DNA from: Arenicellales bacterium
Lineage (GTDB): Bacteria > Pseudomonadota > Gammaproteobacteria > Arenicellales > JAJDZL01
Length of the DNA: 64,000 nucleotides
NCBI GenBank assembly: GCA_964291225.2
Contig: OZ219781.1
Location: forward strand, 3,250,656 to 3,314,655
Reading direction: 5' to 3'
Each line of letters starts with the position of its first letter. The first letter of the stretch is position 1. Below, piece by piece: positions 20,493-30,599 of this stretch. The notes under the pieces were generated by a model. That model searched no databases. It saw only the letters and a list, made by a program, of their open reading frames with translations, and was not told the DNA's origin. A program made the translations under genes and the position numbers.

Positions 20493-20554
20493 TCTAAGGA
20501 TGTTAGCTAAAAACTAGGCAAGTTAAACACTGTTGTTCATTTACCTTCAAGGTA

Positions 20555-20594
20555 TGGGCAGGTTTAGGATGATTTCCAAGCCTGCCCATTTTTT
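20555..20594 (+). terminator. rho-independent terminator after the catalase gene
   Basis: The stem is 'tgggcagg' (20555-20562) paired with 'cctgccca' (20581-20588), followed by TTTTTT (20589-20594). Confidence 0.75.
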
Positions 20595-20632
20595 ACAGAT
20601 ATACAGCTAGCAAGGCAAAGCTGTGATTTCAG

Positions 20633-21436
20633 TCAGTGAGACAGGATTTGGCTTAGGAACAGTTTGGTTCTGTCATTTTGCGGATTATCAAAGAACTCTT
20701 TTGGGCTGTTCTGTTCAATAATTTCGCCTTCATCCATGAAAATCACTCGATTGGCGACCGTTTTAGCAAATCCCATTTCGTGAGTAACTACTAGCATTGT
20801 CATGCCACTCTGAGCCAGCTCAATCATTACATCAAGCACTTCTTTAATCATTTCTGGGTCAAGTGCCGAAGTTGGTTCATCAAACAACATGATTTTAGGA
20901 TTCATGCAAAGACTACGGGCAATGGCAACGCGTTGTTGTTGACCGCCGGATAACTGGCCTGGATACTTTAATGCCTGTTCTGGAATTTGAACTCGCTCAA
21001 GGTATTTCATCGCATTTTTCTCGGCTTCGGCTTTTGGCATTTTTCGTACCCAGATTGGAGCCAACGTACAATTTTCTAACACCGTTAAGTGAGGAAATAA
21101 ATTGAAATGCTGAAACACCATGCCCACTTCTCGCCGAATTTCAGCAATGTTCTTGAGGTTATTGGTCAGGGTAATATTGTCAACAATAATATCCCCGCGT
21201 TGGTGTTCCTCTAGCCGATTAATACAGCGAATCAAGGTTGATTTACCAGAGCCAGAGGGCCCGCAAATTACAATTCGTTCGCCTTTTTTTACTTTCAGAT
21301 TAATATATTTCAGAACATGAAATTCACCAAACCACTTATGCATGTCGGTAATATCGATGGCATACTCTGTTTCGCCATTGGCTACTGATTTTTCAGTAAG
21401 TTCGGTTAATTGAGTTTCACTGTTACTAGTTGGCAT
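20633..21436 (-). CDS. aapP: polar amino acid ABC transporter ATP-binding protein
   Basis: 267 aa. Walker A 'GPSGSGKST', signature 'LSGGQQQR', Walker B '[11 protein letters not shown]'. It is the last gene of a J-Q-M-P-type operon. Confidence 0.85.
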   Translation of the reverse strand: MPTSNSETQLTELTEKSVANGETEYAIDITDMHKWFGEFHVLKYINLKVKKGERIVICGPSGSGKSTLIRCINRLEEHQRGDIIVDNITLTNNLKNIAEIRREVGMVFQHFNLFPHLTVLENCTLAPIWVRKMPKAEAEKNAMKYLERVQIPEQALKYPGQLSGGQQQRVAIARSLCMNPKIMLFDEPTSALDPEMIKEVLDVMIELAQSGMTMLVVTHEMGFAKTVANRVIFMDEGEIIEQNSPKEFFDNPQNDRTKLFLSQILSH

Positions 21437-21454
21437 TTTTGCCTCCTTGAATTC

Positions 21455-22570
21455 TTACTTGACTCTGTAGCCGGTGTCTAGTCTGCGTTCGAGATATAGT
21501 GAATAACGGGACATCGCGAAGCAGGATACAAAAAACCCTAACGCAATGAAGATGTACAGTTCAGTTGAAAGCCCTTGCCAGCTTGAATCAGCGAGAGTAG
21601 CACGGCTAATGCCGAGTGGGTCAAGCAGTCCAACTATTACTACTAGCGTAGTGTCTTTGTAAAGACCGATGAAAGTGTTGACAATGCCGGGTATAGATAT
21701 TTTTAATGCTTGGGGCAATATTATTAAGCGCATTGATTTGGCATAGTTCAAACCAAGCGCATCGGCTGCTTCAAATTGACCTTTTGGTATGGCTGCAAGT
21801 CCCCCACGCACCACCTCTGCTATGTAGGCAGCCGCAAACAATATAACCATGATGATAACTCGCAGCAATAGGTCGAAGTGAGTGCCGGGTGGCATGAAAT
21901 AGTTAAGCAATGTAGAGGCCACGAAAAGCAAAGTGATAAGTGGCACACCACGGAAAAACTCAATGTACCAGATACTAAGCATTCGTACAATCGGCATTTG
22001 TGAATGTCGCCCTAGCGATAATGCAATTCCAAGTGGCAAAGACACCACAATACCGGTCATCCCAATTAGCACAGTAAGTAAGAACCCTCCAAATTTTGCT
22101 GATTCAACTGGTTCAAAGCCTAATCCACCCCAAAGCATGAAAAACGCTAGGAACGGATAGACCAATGAAAACCATAGTAGCAACTTACGTCTCGGCAACC
22201 GATCATAGAGCAATGGCATCAATGCCACGAACATTAACGCAAAGCATAGGTCGACTCGCCAGCGTAAGTGTTCGGGGTAGAAGCCATACATAAATTGCTC
22301 AAAGCGTGCGATAACAACTGACCAACAGGCACCGCTCGCTATTTCTCGGCATTCGCTACGATGGTCCAAGCTGGCGAAAACCGCATCGAAAAAAGCCCAA
22401 TCAAGAATTGGGGGGATGATTTTGTACAAAAAATATACAGCTAGCAGTGTTAGGATTACATTGGATGGGCTTGAGAATAGATTTGTCTTAAGCCAGCCGG
22501 TGATGCCGACTTGGGTAGCTGGTGGTGGCAAATCTTTGTGCGTTCCAGGTTTGTAGTTTTGATCAGACAT
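21455..22570 (-). CDS. aapM: general L-amino acid ABC transporter permease
   Basis: 371 aa, polytopic, with the His/Glu/Gln/Arg-type permease core ('IPKGQFEAADALGL..ILPQAL'). Confidence 0.8.
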   Translation of the reverse strand: MSDQNYKPGTHKDLPPPATQVGITGWLKTNLFSSPSNVILTLLAVYFLYKIIPPILDWAFFDAVFASLDHRSECREIASGACWSVVIARFEQFMYGFYPEHLRWRVDLCFALMFVALMPLLYDRLPRRKLLLWFSLVYPFLAFFMLWGGLGFEPVESAKFGGFLLTVLIGMTGIVVSLPLGIALSLGRHSQMPIVRMLSIWYIEFFRGVPLITLLFVASTLLNYFMPPGTHFDLLLRVIIMVILFAAAYIAEVVRGGLAAIPKGQFEAADALGLNYAKSMRLIILPQALKISIPGIVNTFIGLYKDTTLVVIVGLLDPLGISRATLADSSWQGLSTELYIFIALGFFVSCFAMSRYSLYLERRLDTGYRVK

Positions 22571-22574
22571 TTGA

Positions 22575-23732
22575 TTAGCGTTCTACAAGCGCAATTTTCC
22601 TGTTATACAAATTCATCAGCGCTGATATGGATAAGGACAAAATCAGGTAGATGGCCAATACAATTGACATGCACTCCAATGCTCGTCCAGTTTGATTGAG
22701 TGAGATACCACCTATGGTAGCAACAATATCCATATAGCCAACTGCGATAGCCAATGAGGAGTTCTTGGTTAGATTCAAATATTGACTAATCATAGGTGGC
22801 ACGATAACCCTTAGCGCCTGTGGCAGAATAACCAAGCGCATTGTCCAATTTGGCTTGAGACCAAGAGCATAGGATGCCTCTGTCTGGCCGTGGCTGACCG
22901 ATAAAATCCCGGCGCGGACGATTTCTGCGATAAAGGCGCCGGTATACACTGATAACGCAAAAGTCAGTGCGATAAATTCTGGTGTGAGCACTAGTCCGCC
23001 TTTAAAGTTAAAGCCAGCGAATTGCGGAAACTCAAGTGACGCTGGCCGTCCAGATATCCAAAATACTATGATTGGCAGTAGAACTACCAGTGAGGTATTA
23101 ATCCATACCACTGGAAAGCGCTCACCGGTTCTTTCTTGTTTTTGTTTCGATATCCGCGCAATGATTATGGCGCCAATGATTGCGATGGCTATTGCTATCC
23201 AAACCCACAGGAAGTTAGGTTCAAACAGCGGTTTTGGTACATAAAAACCTCGATTGCTTAGAAAATAAGTATCGGCAACTGCAACTGCTTGCCGCGGATG
23301 GGGCAGGTTGTGAACAATGACACCATGCCACAATAGTATCCATAGTAACACTGGTACGTTGCGGCTGAATTCGACAAAAACATATGTAATTCGATTAACA
23401 AGAAAGTTTGAAGAAAGTCTTGCCACCCCAGCGACAAACCCAATAATCGTAGCAAGAATGATGCCGCAAAACGCAACTAGCCCAGTGTTGATAAGGCCAA
23501 CTAAAGTGGCAGTCAGGTGTGAACTTCTTGAACTATATTCGATTAGGTGCTGATTTATGTCATAGTTGGCCGGTGTTAACAGGAAACCATAGCCGGCTTC
23601 TCGCCCTAGCAGTTCAAGGTTGTTTGCTGTGTTTCTAATGAAGAACCCGAGCAGTGAAAGAACAGTGACAATAACGACAAATTGGATGATAATTTGTCTG
23701 GATTTTTTGTCGGTCCAAAGATTCGTTAACAC
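22575..23732 (-). CDS. aapQ: general L-amino acid ABC transporter permease
   Basis: 385 aa, polytopic ('VSHGQTEASYALGL..VILPQALR'). Confidence 0.8.
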   Translation of the reverse strand: MLTNLWTDKKSRQIIIQFVVIVTVLSLLGFFIRNTANNLELLGREAGYGFLLTPANYDINQHLIEYSSRSSHLTATLVGLINTGLVAFCGIILATIIGFVAGVARLSSNFLVNRITYVFVEFSRNVPVLLWILLWHGVIVHNLPHPRQAVAVADTYFLSNRGFYVPKPLFEPNFLWVWIAIAIAIIGAIIIARISKQKQERTGERFPVVWINTSLVVLLPIIVFWISGRPASLEFPQFAGFNFKGGLVLTPEFIALTFALSVYTGAFIAEIVRAGILSVSHGQTEASYALGLKPNWTMRLVILPQALRVIVPPMISQYLNLTKNSSLAIAVGYMDIVATIGGISLNQTGRALECMSIVLAIYLILSLSISALMNLYNRKIALVER

Positions 23733-23862
23733 GACAAAGATCCTAAACTTCTGCTCAAGATTGACGATTCAGGTTCAGATTAGAGAATCGCAGTGTTCGG
23801 GTTTGGGGAGTGAGCGGAATGGCGCACAAGCTTTACCTCATGCGCCAAATCCGTAAAGTTGC

Positions 23863-24888
23863 TTACCGATAAGGTGGTGCGTAAATTAATCCACCATCAG
23901 TCCAAAGTGCATTGACACCTCTTTCAAGACCGATATCGGTGTTAACGCCGAGATATTGTTCGAAAATTTCACCGTAGTTGCCGACAGCTGCAATAACATT
24001 GACGACCCAGTCGGCGCTTAGCCCTAGCATAGCTCCGTATTCACCTTCGGTACCGAACATTCTGTTAAGTTCGGCATCTTTCTGTACTTCACCTGCCATT
24101 GCACGCACATTGTCTTTTGTTATACCTTTTTCCTCAGCAATAATGAGAACGTTAAGAGTCCAGCGAACTACATCGCCCCATTCATCATCGCCGTGGCGAA
24201 CTGAAGGACCAAGCGGTTCTTTCGAAATGATTTCTGGTAAAACGACATGGTCTTCAGGGTTGTCTAGGCTCGCACGTGTTGCAGCCAAGCCGGAGCGGTC
24301 AGTTGTGTAAACATCACAGCGGCCTGCCAGATAATTTTGGCGCGCCTCTGCATTTGTTTCAATTGGTACTGGCTCATAACTCATGCCGTTAGTTCGAAAA
24401 TAGTCAGCGAGGTTAAGTTCAGTTGTCGTGCCGGTTTGAATGCATACCGATGCACCTTCAAGCTGAGTTGCACTAGTGACTCCCAACGATGCTGGAACGA
24501 TAAAGCCTTGCCCATCATAGTAGTTAACGCCAAGAAATGTCAGTTTGAGATCGACATCTCGGCTATAAGTCCAAGTGGTGTTGCGAGAAAGCATGTCAAT
24601 TTCACCAGCTTTGAGAGCTTCAAATCGTGTTTTGCCTGTCAAGTTGGTGTATTTGACTTTGGATGCGTCACCGAAAACAGCGGCGGCCACCGCTTGGCAA
24701 AGCGCGACGTCAAAACCCTGCCAATTACCGGCATCATCTGTGAAAGCAAAGCCAGTCAGACCAGTGTTGATACCACATTGCAAATGGCCTTTAGCTTTGA
24801 CATCATCTAAGGTGCCAGCGCTTGCACTTCCAGACACTACAAATGCAGACAGCATTAGTAGCGTGGAGCAATACTTAAGGATTTTCAT
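23863..24888 (-). CDS. aapJ: general L-amino acid ABC transporter substrate-binding protein
   Basis: 341 aa with a Sec signal peptide ('LLMLSAFVVSGSASA'). It is an SBP family 3 type and the first gene of the operon. Confidence 0.8.
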   Translation of the reverse strand: MKILKYCSTLLMLSAFVVSGSASAGTLDDVKAKGHLQCGINTGLTGFAFTDDAGNWQGFDVALCQAVAAAVFGDASKVKYTNLTGKTRFEALKAGEIDMLSRNTTWTYSRDVDLKLTFLGVNYYDGQGFIVPASLGVTSATQLEGASVCIQTGTTTELNLADYFRTNGMSYEPVPIETNAEARQNYLAGRCDVYTTDRSGLAATRASLDNPEDHVVLPEIISKEPLGPSVRHGDDEWGDVVRWTLNVLIIAEEKGITKDNVRAMAGEVQKDAELNRMFGTEGEYGAMLGLSADWVVNVIAAVGNYGEIFEQYLGVNTDIGLERGVNALWTDGGLIYAPPYR

Positions 24889-25273
24889 AATCTTTTACCT
24901 CTTTTATCGTAAATATATTACCGATGATTCACTTGTTGCCCGTCTTACGTTCGGTAAGGTAACAACACTATGACAACCTCGGTGATTTATAGGTCAAATT
25001 ACTAAGAATTATGTACATTAAACAACAAATTACTTTTTAGTGCAAAATATTTTTCTCAAGGCTAGTTTCATTTTTATCAAGGCACCGAAACTTACCCAAG
25101 CATGCCTTGCAGTTGATTAGTGAGCTTTCAAGTGATTTTTGACTAACAAACGAAAGTTAAATAATTCATAATATTCAAAAATTCTGATCAGCAGTACCAA
25201 AACTAATGGTGGTAGCAGTGCACAGATTTGCGTGCCCGGCGAACTCCAATTGAAGAAGTAGCTTGGTTATTAT

Positions 25274-26230
25274 TCAAGTTGCATTTCTTCTCTTCATCGC
25301 TTGTGGCGCATGTTGATCAGCGCGATAGGACGATCTAACCAAAGGCCCTGATGCGACATGTGAGAAACCAATATCAGCGCCAATCTGTTTATAGCTTTCA
25401 AACTCTTCAAGAGGTGCATACCGTTTAACCGGTAGATGGAAACGGCTCGGTTGCAAATACTGCCCTATGGTTAATATGCTGACTGAGTGCTCTCTAAGAT
25501 CATGCATGAGCTCAATTACCTCATCTTTGCTTTCACCGACACCGAGCATAATCCCAGATTTTGTTTCAATGTCAGGATGTCGCTCACCGAAACATTTAAG
25601 TAGTTTTAGCGAATGGATGTAATCAGAACCAGGACGAACCGCTTTATAGAGCTTTGGAACCGTCTCAAGATTATGACTGAATACATCGGGTGGGGATGTT
25701 GATAGATTGCTCAATGCCTTGTCCATGCGAGATCGAAAATCTGGTGTGAGTATTTCAACTGCTGTCTGAGGGCTAACTTGCCTAATCGCATCGATGCATT
25801 TTGCAAAATGTGCGGCACCTCCGTCTCTTAGATCATCGCGGTCAACAGATGTGATTACAGCATAGCGCAAAGCCATCTGCTTTATCGTTCGGGCTAAGTT
25901 GGCAGGTTCGTCTGAATCCGGCGGGTTCGGGCGGCCGTGAGCTACGTCACAGAATGGACACCTTCTAGTGCATATGTCGCCGAGAATCATGAATGTCGCA
26001 GTGCCATTGCTGAAACATTCGCCAATGTTTGGACAGGACGCTTCTTCACATACTGTGTGCAGGCTGTTTTGACGCAAGATTTTCTTTAGGTTCAAGACCT
26101 CAGGAGTCCCGGGGAATCTGGCACGAATCCAAGGGGGTTTTCTGAGTATATCGCTGTCTTTCTGTGGTTCGATACGCACAGGAATTCGATCTAGTTTCTG
26201 CGCACCTCGCAGCTTAACGCCTTTTTGCAT
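25274..26230 (-). CDS. lipA: lipoyl synthase
   Basis: 318 aa. Has the auxiliary cluster motif '[12 protein letters not shown]' and the radical-SAM motif 'CTRRCPFC'. Confidence 0.95.
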   Translation of the reverse strand: MQKGVKLRGAQKLDRIPVRIEPQKDSDILRKPPWIRARFPGTPEVLNLKKILRQNSLHTVCEEASCPNIGECFSNGTATFMILGDICTRRCPFCDVAHGRPNPPDSDEPANLARTIKQMALRYAVITSVDRDDLRDGGAAHFAKCIDAIRQVSPQTAVEILTPDFRSRMDKALSNLSTSPPDVFSHNLETVPKLYKAVRPGSDYIHSLKLLKCFGERHPDIETKSGIMLGVGESKDEVIELMHDLREHSVSILTIGQYLQPSRFHLPVKRYAPLEEFESYKQIGADIGFSHVASGPLVRSSYRADQHAPQAMKRRNAT

Positions 26231-26451
26231 GCTTAATTTGCTATATCGTAAAGTAAGTTGTTAAAGTTGGTATTTTGTTTGGTAGCCGGGGAATGCCAGC
26301 GAAATTGAGTGTTTGAAATTATCATCAAACAATTGGTTGACATGAAAATACTGCTACTTTTTGAAAACATGTTACCAAACGCCTCTTTTCTTAAGACGCT
26401 TACATTATGAAATTTTACATTGTGTCAGTTGTAGTGATTCGGTTATTTTGA

Positions 26452-26481
26452 GCATGTTATGTAGTGCACAACATAACATGC
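26452..26481. repeat. 30-bp near-perfect palindrome in the lipA/fic intergenic region
   Basis: 'gcatgttatgtagtgcacaacataacatgc' has 14 of 15 symmetric positions base-paired. No T-run follows on either strand. Confidence 0.6.
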
Positions 26482-26830
26482 CAAAGCTGACAGTTTGCTA
26501 GGCTGGTGGAAGTTGGTTTGGTTGTTATAAACCATCAGCAATTTGAAAATAGCACACCCATCGTAATATGTCAGTGTGTGTTGAGTATTTTTAGTTTTTG
26601 CTTGAAAAGTGGTGTGTTGGGGTATCGGATTTTTAGCATGAGTGTGCGTCCTCAGTGAGGACATTCCAAACACTTACATACACAACGAACGCCCCTAAAA
26701 GACAAATGATAGAAAATTCGATTAAAAGGACTTAAAACAGTTGATTATTTTGTAATAAAAGTTGTTATATAGCTGATATAATATAATATTTATTTTTATA
26801 TAAGCGGCCACAAAACCGGACAATATAGTC

Positions 26831-28030
26831 GTGTCAAAACAATTAGAAGACTTTGGTGAAAGGCCTGATCAAATGGAACCGATGCGCATTGCCCAAGGTT
26901 CAAGACATAGGTCAGAAATTGTTGAACTCGCGTTTGAGTTAGTAAATCACTCCAGCAGAATTTGTGCTCAATTGCCAGAAGATGTATCGACAGCGTTAGC
27001 AGATTTGGTGCAATCAATGAATTGCTACTACAGTAATTTGATCGAAGGGCATAACACACATATCAGGGACATTGAAAAGGCATTGAATGATGAGTTCAGC
27101 ACTGACCCAACAGCTCGCAATCTTCAGCTAGAAGCTAAATCACATATTGAAGTACAACAGTGGATGCATCGTACCCGATTGGATCAAAAAATCTTCACAG
27201 CAGAAAATCTATGTGCCATACACCAACGCTTTTTCGAGTCAATTCCAAGTGAAATGTGCCAAGTGCTCAACCCTGGTTTAAATAAACAAATATCGTTTAT
27301 TCCTGGTGAGTTGCGAGAATTTAGAGTACAAGTTGGCCGACATATATCAATCAGCCCTGGTGCGGTTCGGCGATTCCTCAATCGTTTTGATAAAGTTTAT
27401 AGTAATCTTGGTGATGCTGAAACACTTTTTGCGCTTGCCGCCGTGCATCATCGTTTGCTGTGGATTCACCCATTTCCTGCTGGAAATGGACGTGTAGCCC
27501 GTTTGATGTCTGACGCATTGTTAAACAAGACACTCAAAACGCGTAGTATTTGGTCGATATCACGAGGGCTCGCACGCAGAGTATCAACCTATAAAGGTTT
27601 ACTCGCCAACTGTGACCTACCGAGACGCAACGACCTAGATGGTCGCAGGGTACTGAGCGAAGAGGCTTTGGTTGAGTTCACGAAATTCTTTCTTGAAACA
27701 TGTATTGATCAAGTTATGTTCATGGGGCACCTTATTGACCCTAAGCAGCTTCGAATCAGGGTCAGTGTTTGGGCTGAGATGGAAATACGTGCGGGTAAGC
27801 TACCGTTAAAATCAGATGTCGTATTGAGTGAATTAATGTTAAGAGGAAATTTGCAACGAAAAGATGTCGTTAGTCTGCTAGGATGCAGCGAGCGTCAAGC
27901 ACGTCGTATTACGTCTGCACTGATTCAGTGTGGTGCATTGACATCGGAAAGTTCCCGTGCAGCACTAAAACCTGCATTCCCTTCGGGCCTTGCTGAGCAT
28001 TGGTTACCTGGACTCTTTCCCTATGACTAA
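26831..28030 (+). CDS. Fic family protein with an N-terminal inhibitory helix motif and a C-terminal HTH-like region
   Basis: 399 aa (GTG start in the track). The Fic motif is 'HPFPAGNGRVAR'. The intramolecular inhibitory motif (S/T)xxxE(G/N) is present as 'SNLIEG'. The C-terminal 'GCSERQARRITSALIQCGAL' resembles a winged-helix or HTH element. Confidence 0.85.
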   Translation: MSKQLEDFGERPDQMEPMRIAQGSRHRSEIVELAFELVNHSSRICAQLPEDVSTALADLVQSMNCYYSNLIEGHNTHIRDIEKALNDEFSTDPTARNLQLEAKSHIEVQQWMHRTRLDQKIFTAENLCAIHQRFFESIPSEMCQVLNPGLNKQISFIPGELREFRVQVGRHISISPGAVRRFLNRFDKVYSNLGDAETLFALAAVHHRLLWIHPFPAGNGRVARLMSDALLNKTLKTRSIWSISRGLARRVSTYKGLLANCDLPRRNDLDGRRVLSEEALVEFTKFFLETCIDQVMFMGHLIDPKQLRIRVSVWAEMEIRAGKLPLKSDVVLSELMLRGNLQRKDVVSLLGCSERQARRITSALIQCGALTSESSRAALKPAFPSGLAEHWLPGLFPYD

Positions 28031-28459
28031 TTGAATATAACCAACTTGTTTGGGGCACCTCTTTTAATCGTTGCGACGGCTGGATTGTTGTAGTTTTTGC
28101 ATGGTGATCTAACCAGATCATTTTTATGAATCATAGGACGGTCACAAAATATCATTAGGGCAGTGCATTCGAACTGAATTCAAAGTGCTTGCTAAGTGCA
28201 ATAGACGATTGGAAAACTGAATATAGCAGGTTCTTTGGAGTTGGATTGCATTGCGCGTCTTCATTTTTCAGGCATTTCTAAAATGAAGCCGTTATACTAA
28301 CTAACTATTCAGGTATTGGAATGATGGTGATTTGAGCAGTTTTCGGATAATTCGACTCATTGATAAGTTGTGAGAATGCCCTTATCTAAACAACATTCGT
28401 AGAATTCAATTTAGCCGCATTAATATTGCGACCAGTCAATTTGTGTAAACTATACATCC

Positions 28460-29569
28460 ATGAACGGAACTAACTATCACATTAGACCTGACGTTGCGGC
28501 AGAAATTCTTAGTTCAGCAAATTACGCAAGACAAATTGCGAGTGAAGTTGAAGATGGTGAAGACAGGGCGATGCTATTTGAGCAAATTGAGTGTTTGCTC
28601 AAGCAACGCGACGCAGTGTTGGTGGCGCATTATTACGTTGACGGTGATTTGCAAGATCTGGCTGAGCAGACTGGAGGGCATGTCGCTGATTCACTAGAGA
28701 TGGCACGTTTCGGTTACGAAAATTCAGCTTCAACTATTGTTGTGGCTGGTGTCCGATTCATGGCTGAAACTGCAAAAATACTAAGCCCTGAAAAAACAGT
28801 TTTTGCGCTTGACAATGAGGCCAACTGTTCTCTTGATATTGGTTGCCCAATTGATGAGTTTTCGAATTTTTGCGATCTGTACCCTGATCGAACTGTTGTA
28901 GTCTACGCCAATACTAGCGCCGCTGTAAAGGCACGCGCCGACTGGGTGGTGACATCTGCAATCGGCCTTAATCTTGTCGAGTATCTGCAACAGCAGGGTG
29001 AGAAAATTCTGTGGGCTCCAGACAAATATTTAGGCGACTACATTCAACGTAAATCAGGGGCTGATATGGTTATGTGGGACGGCGCTTGTATCGTACATGA
29101 AGAATTCAAAGGTATAGTGCTAAAAAACCTAATGAAAAAACACCCGCATGCCAAAGTTCTTGTGCATCCTGAATCACCTGCCGCTGTAATTGAGTTGGCA
29201 GATACGGTCGGTTCGACCAGTCAAATCATAAACGCAGCTAAAACCGGCACTGAGGACACGTACATAGTAGCGACAGAGGAGGGCATTTTGCACAAAATGC
29301 GTGCTTTGGCACCAGGTAAAACGTTCATAATGGCACCAACAGCCGGTGAGGGTGCAACGTGCGAAAGTTGCGCGCACTGTCCGTGGATGAAAATGAACAG
29401 CCTTAGCAAATTAAAGCAAGTGCTAACATCTTTTGAAGGAGAGGTTTTACTTGATGAGCAAATTCGCCAGCAAGCTGAGCGATCTATTAAACGCATGGTT
29501 GAATTTGGCAAACGGTATGCTGCGCCGATACCAACTGCTTATATGCGCCGCGCATCAAGAAACGAATAG
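28460..29569 (+). CDS. nadA: quinolinate synthase
   Basis: 369 aa. '[32 protein letters not shown]' and 'ANCSLD' are typical of NadA. Conserved Cys residues are present ('CSL', 'CIVHEEF', 'CAHCPWM'). Confidence 0.9.
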   Translation: MNGTNYHIRPDVAAEILSSANYARQIASEVEDGEDRAMLFEQIECLLKQRDAVLVAHYYVDGDLQDLAEQTGGHVADSLEMARFGYENSASTIVVAGVRFMAETAKILSPEKTVFALDNEANCSLDIGCPIDEFSNFCDLYPDRTVVVYANTSAAVKARADWVVTSAIGLNLVEYLQQQGEKILWAPDKYLGDYIQRKSGADMVMWDGACIVHEEFKGIVLKNLMKKHPHAKVLVHPESPAAVIELADTVGSTSQIINAAKTGTEDTYIVATEEGILHKMRALAPGKTFIMAPTAGEGATCESCAHCPWMKMNSLSKLKQVLTSFEGEVLLDEQIRQQAERSIKRMVEFGKRYAAPIPTAYMRRASRNE

Positions 29570-30585
29570 TGAAGTATATCAATAGCTTCGTTCCTCAATC
29601 ACAGCAACAGTCATTTGCTGTGTTGCTAATCAACCTCGGCACTCCTGATGCACCAAATACTTCGGCTGTCAGAAAATATCTGCGACAGTTTCTTTCGGAT
29701 ACCAGAGTTATCGAATTTCCTAAATTTATCTGGTGGTTCATTCTAAATTTTATTATTCTTGTTACTCGGCCCCGTCGTAGTGCGGCTGCATACAAGGAGG
29801 TATGGCAAGATGAAGGCTCGCCACTAATGACCATCACCAAAAAACAGGCGGTTGCGCTTAAGAGCCACTTCGAATCAAAGGGAATGACAAACATTGCGGT
29901 GCGGTATGCAATGCGTTACGGCAATCCTTCAATTGCTGAAGTTATCGATGAGCTTGCTGGGATTGGAATCTCAAAGCTGGCCGTCATACCAATGTATCCG
30001 CAATACTCGGCTTCTACAGCTGGTTCAGTATTTGACGGTATCGGATCAGTTTTAAGTAAGAGGCGGTATGTACCTTCAATTCGATTTGTGAATCAGTACT
30101 CTGACCGCGATGACTATATACAAAGTCTTCAAATTTCTGTACGCGAACATTGGTTGGCTAATGGCAAAGGGGACCGGCTTGTTATGTCATTTCACGGATT
30201 ACCGAAGGAAATGGTTGACAAAGGCGACCCGTATCGTGAACAGTGTGTTGATACTGCTCAGCGTTTGGCCGCAGCGCTTGAACTTGGAGACGATGAGTGG
30301 GCATTGTGTTTCCAGTCAAGATTTGGACCGAAGGAATGGTTACAACCGTATGCTGATGATGTGTTAAGCAACTTGCCTGAGCAAGGTGTGAAAAGTATCA
30401 ACATGATGTGCCCTGGATTTTCAGCTGATTGCCTTGAGACGCTTGAAGAAGTTAATATGGGTTATCGAGAATTGTTTCTGAGCTCTGGAGGGGAGTCATT
30501 TACTTTCATACCATGCCTTAATGACCGCCCTGAACATATAGAAATGCTCGCTAATATGATTGTTGAAATGACAGCGGACTGGTAA
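29569..30585 (+). CDS. hemH: ferrochelatase
   Basis: 338 aa. 'LLINLGTPDAP', 'PMYPQYSASTAGS' and 'MSFHGLP' are ferrochelatase hallmarks. Confidence 0.92.
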   Translation: MKYINSFVPQSQQQSFAVLLINLGTPDAPNTSAVRKYLRQFLSDTRVIEFPKFIWWFILNFIILVTRPRRSAAAYKEVWQDEGSPLMTITKKQAVALKSHFESKGMTNIAVRYAMRYGNPSIAEVIDELAGIGISKLAVIPMYPQYSASTAGSVFDGIGSVLSKRRYVPSIRFVNQYSDRDDYIQSLQISVREHWLANGKGDRLVMSFHGLPKEMVDKGDPYREQCVDTAQRLAAALELGDDEWALCFQSRFGPKEWLQPYADDVLSNLPEQGVKSINMMCPGFSADCLETLEEVNMGYRELFLSSGGESFTFIPCLNDRPEHIEMLANMIVEMTADW

Positions 30586-30599
30586 TCGGTAGCCGCTAA

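Noticed and set aside
24337-24973. Plus-strand ORFs of 157 aa and 132 aa overlapping aapJ.
   Set aside because: They are antisense to a well-supported SBP gene, and their translations have no recognisable motifs.
26443-27059. Minus-strand ORFs of 76 aa and 87 aa in the lipA-fic gap and the fic 5' end, considered as a possible lipB remnant or antitoxin.
   Set aside because: Their translations are low-complexity and show no LipB or antitoxin motifs. The second is antisense to fic.
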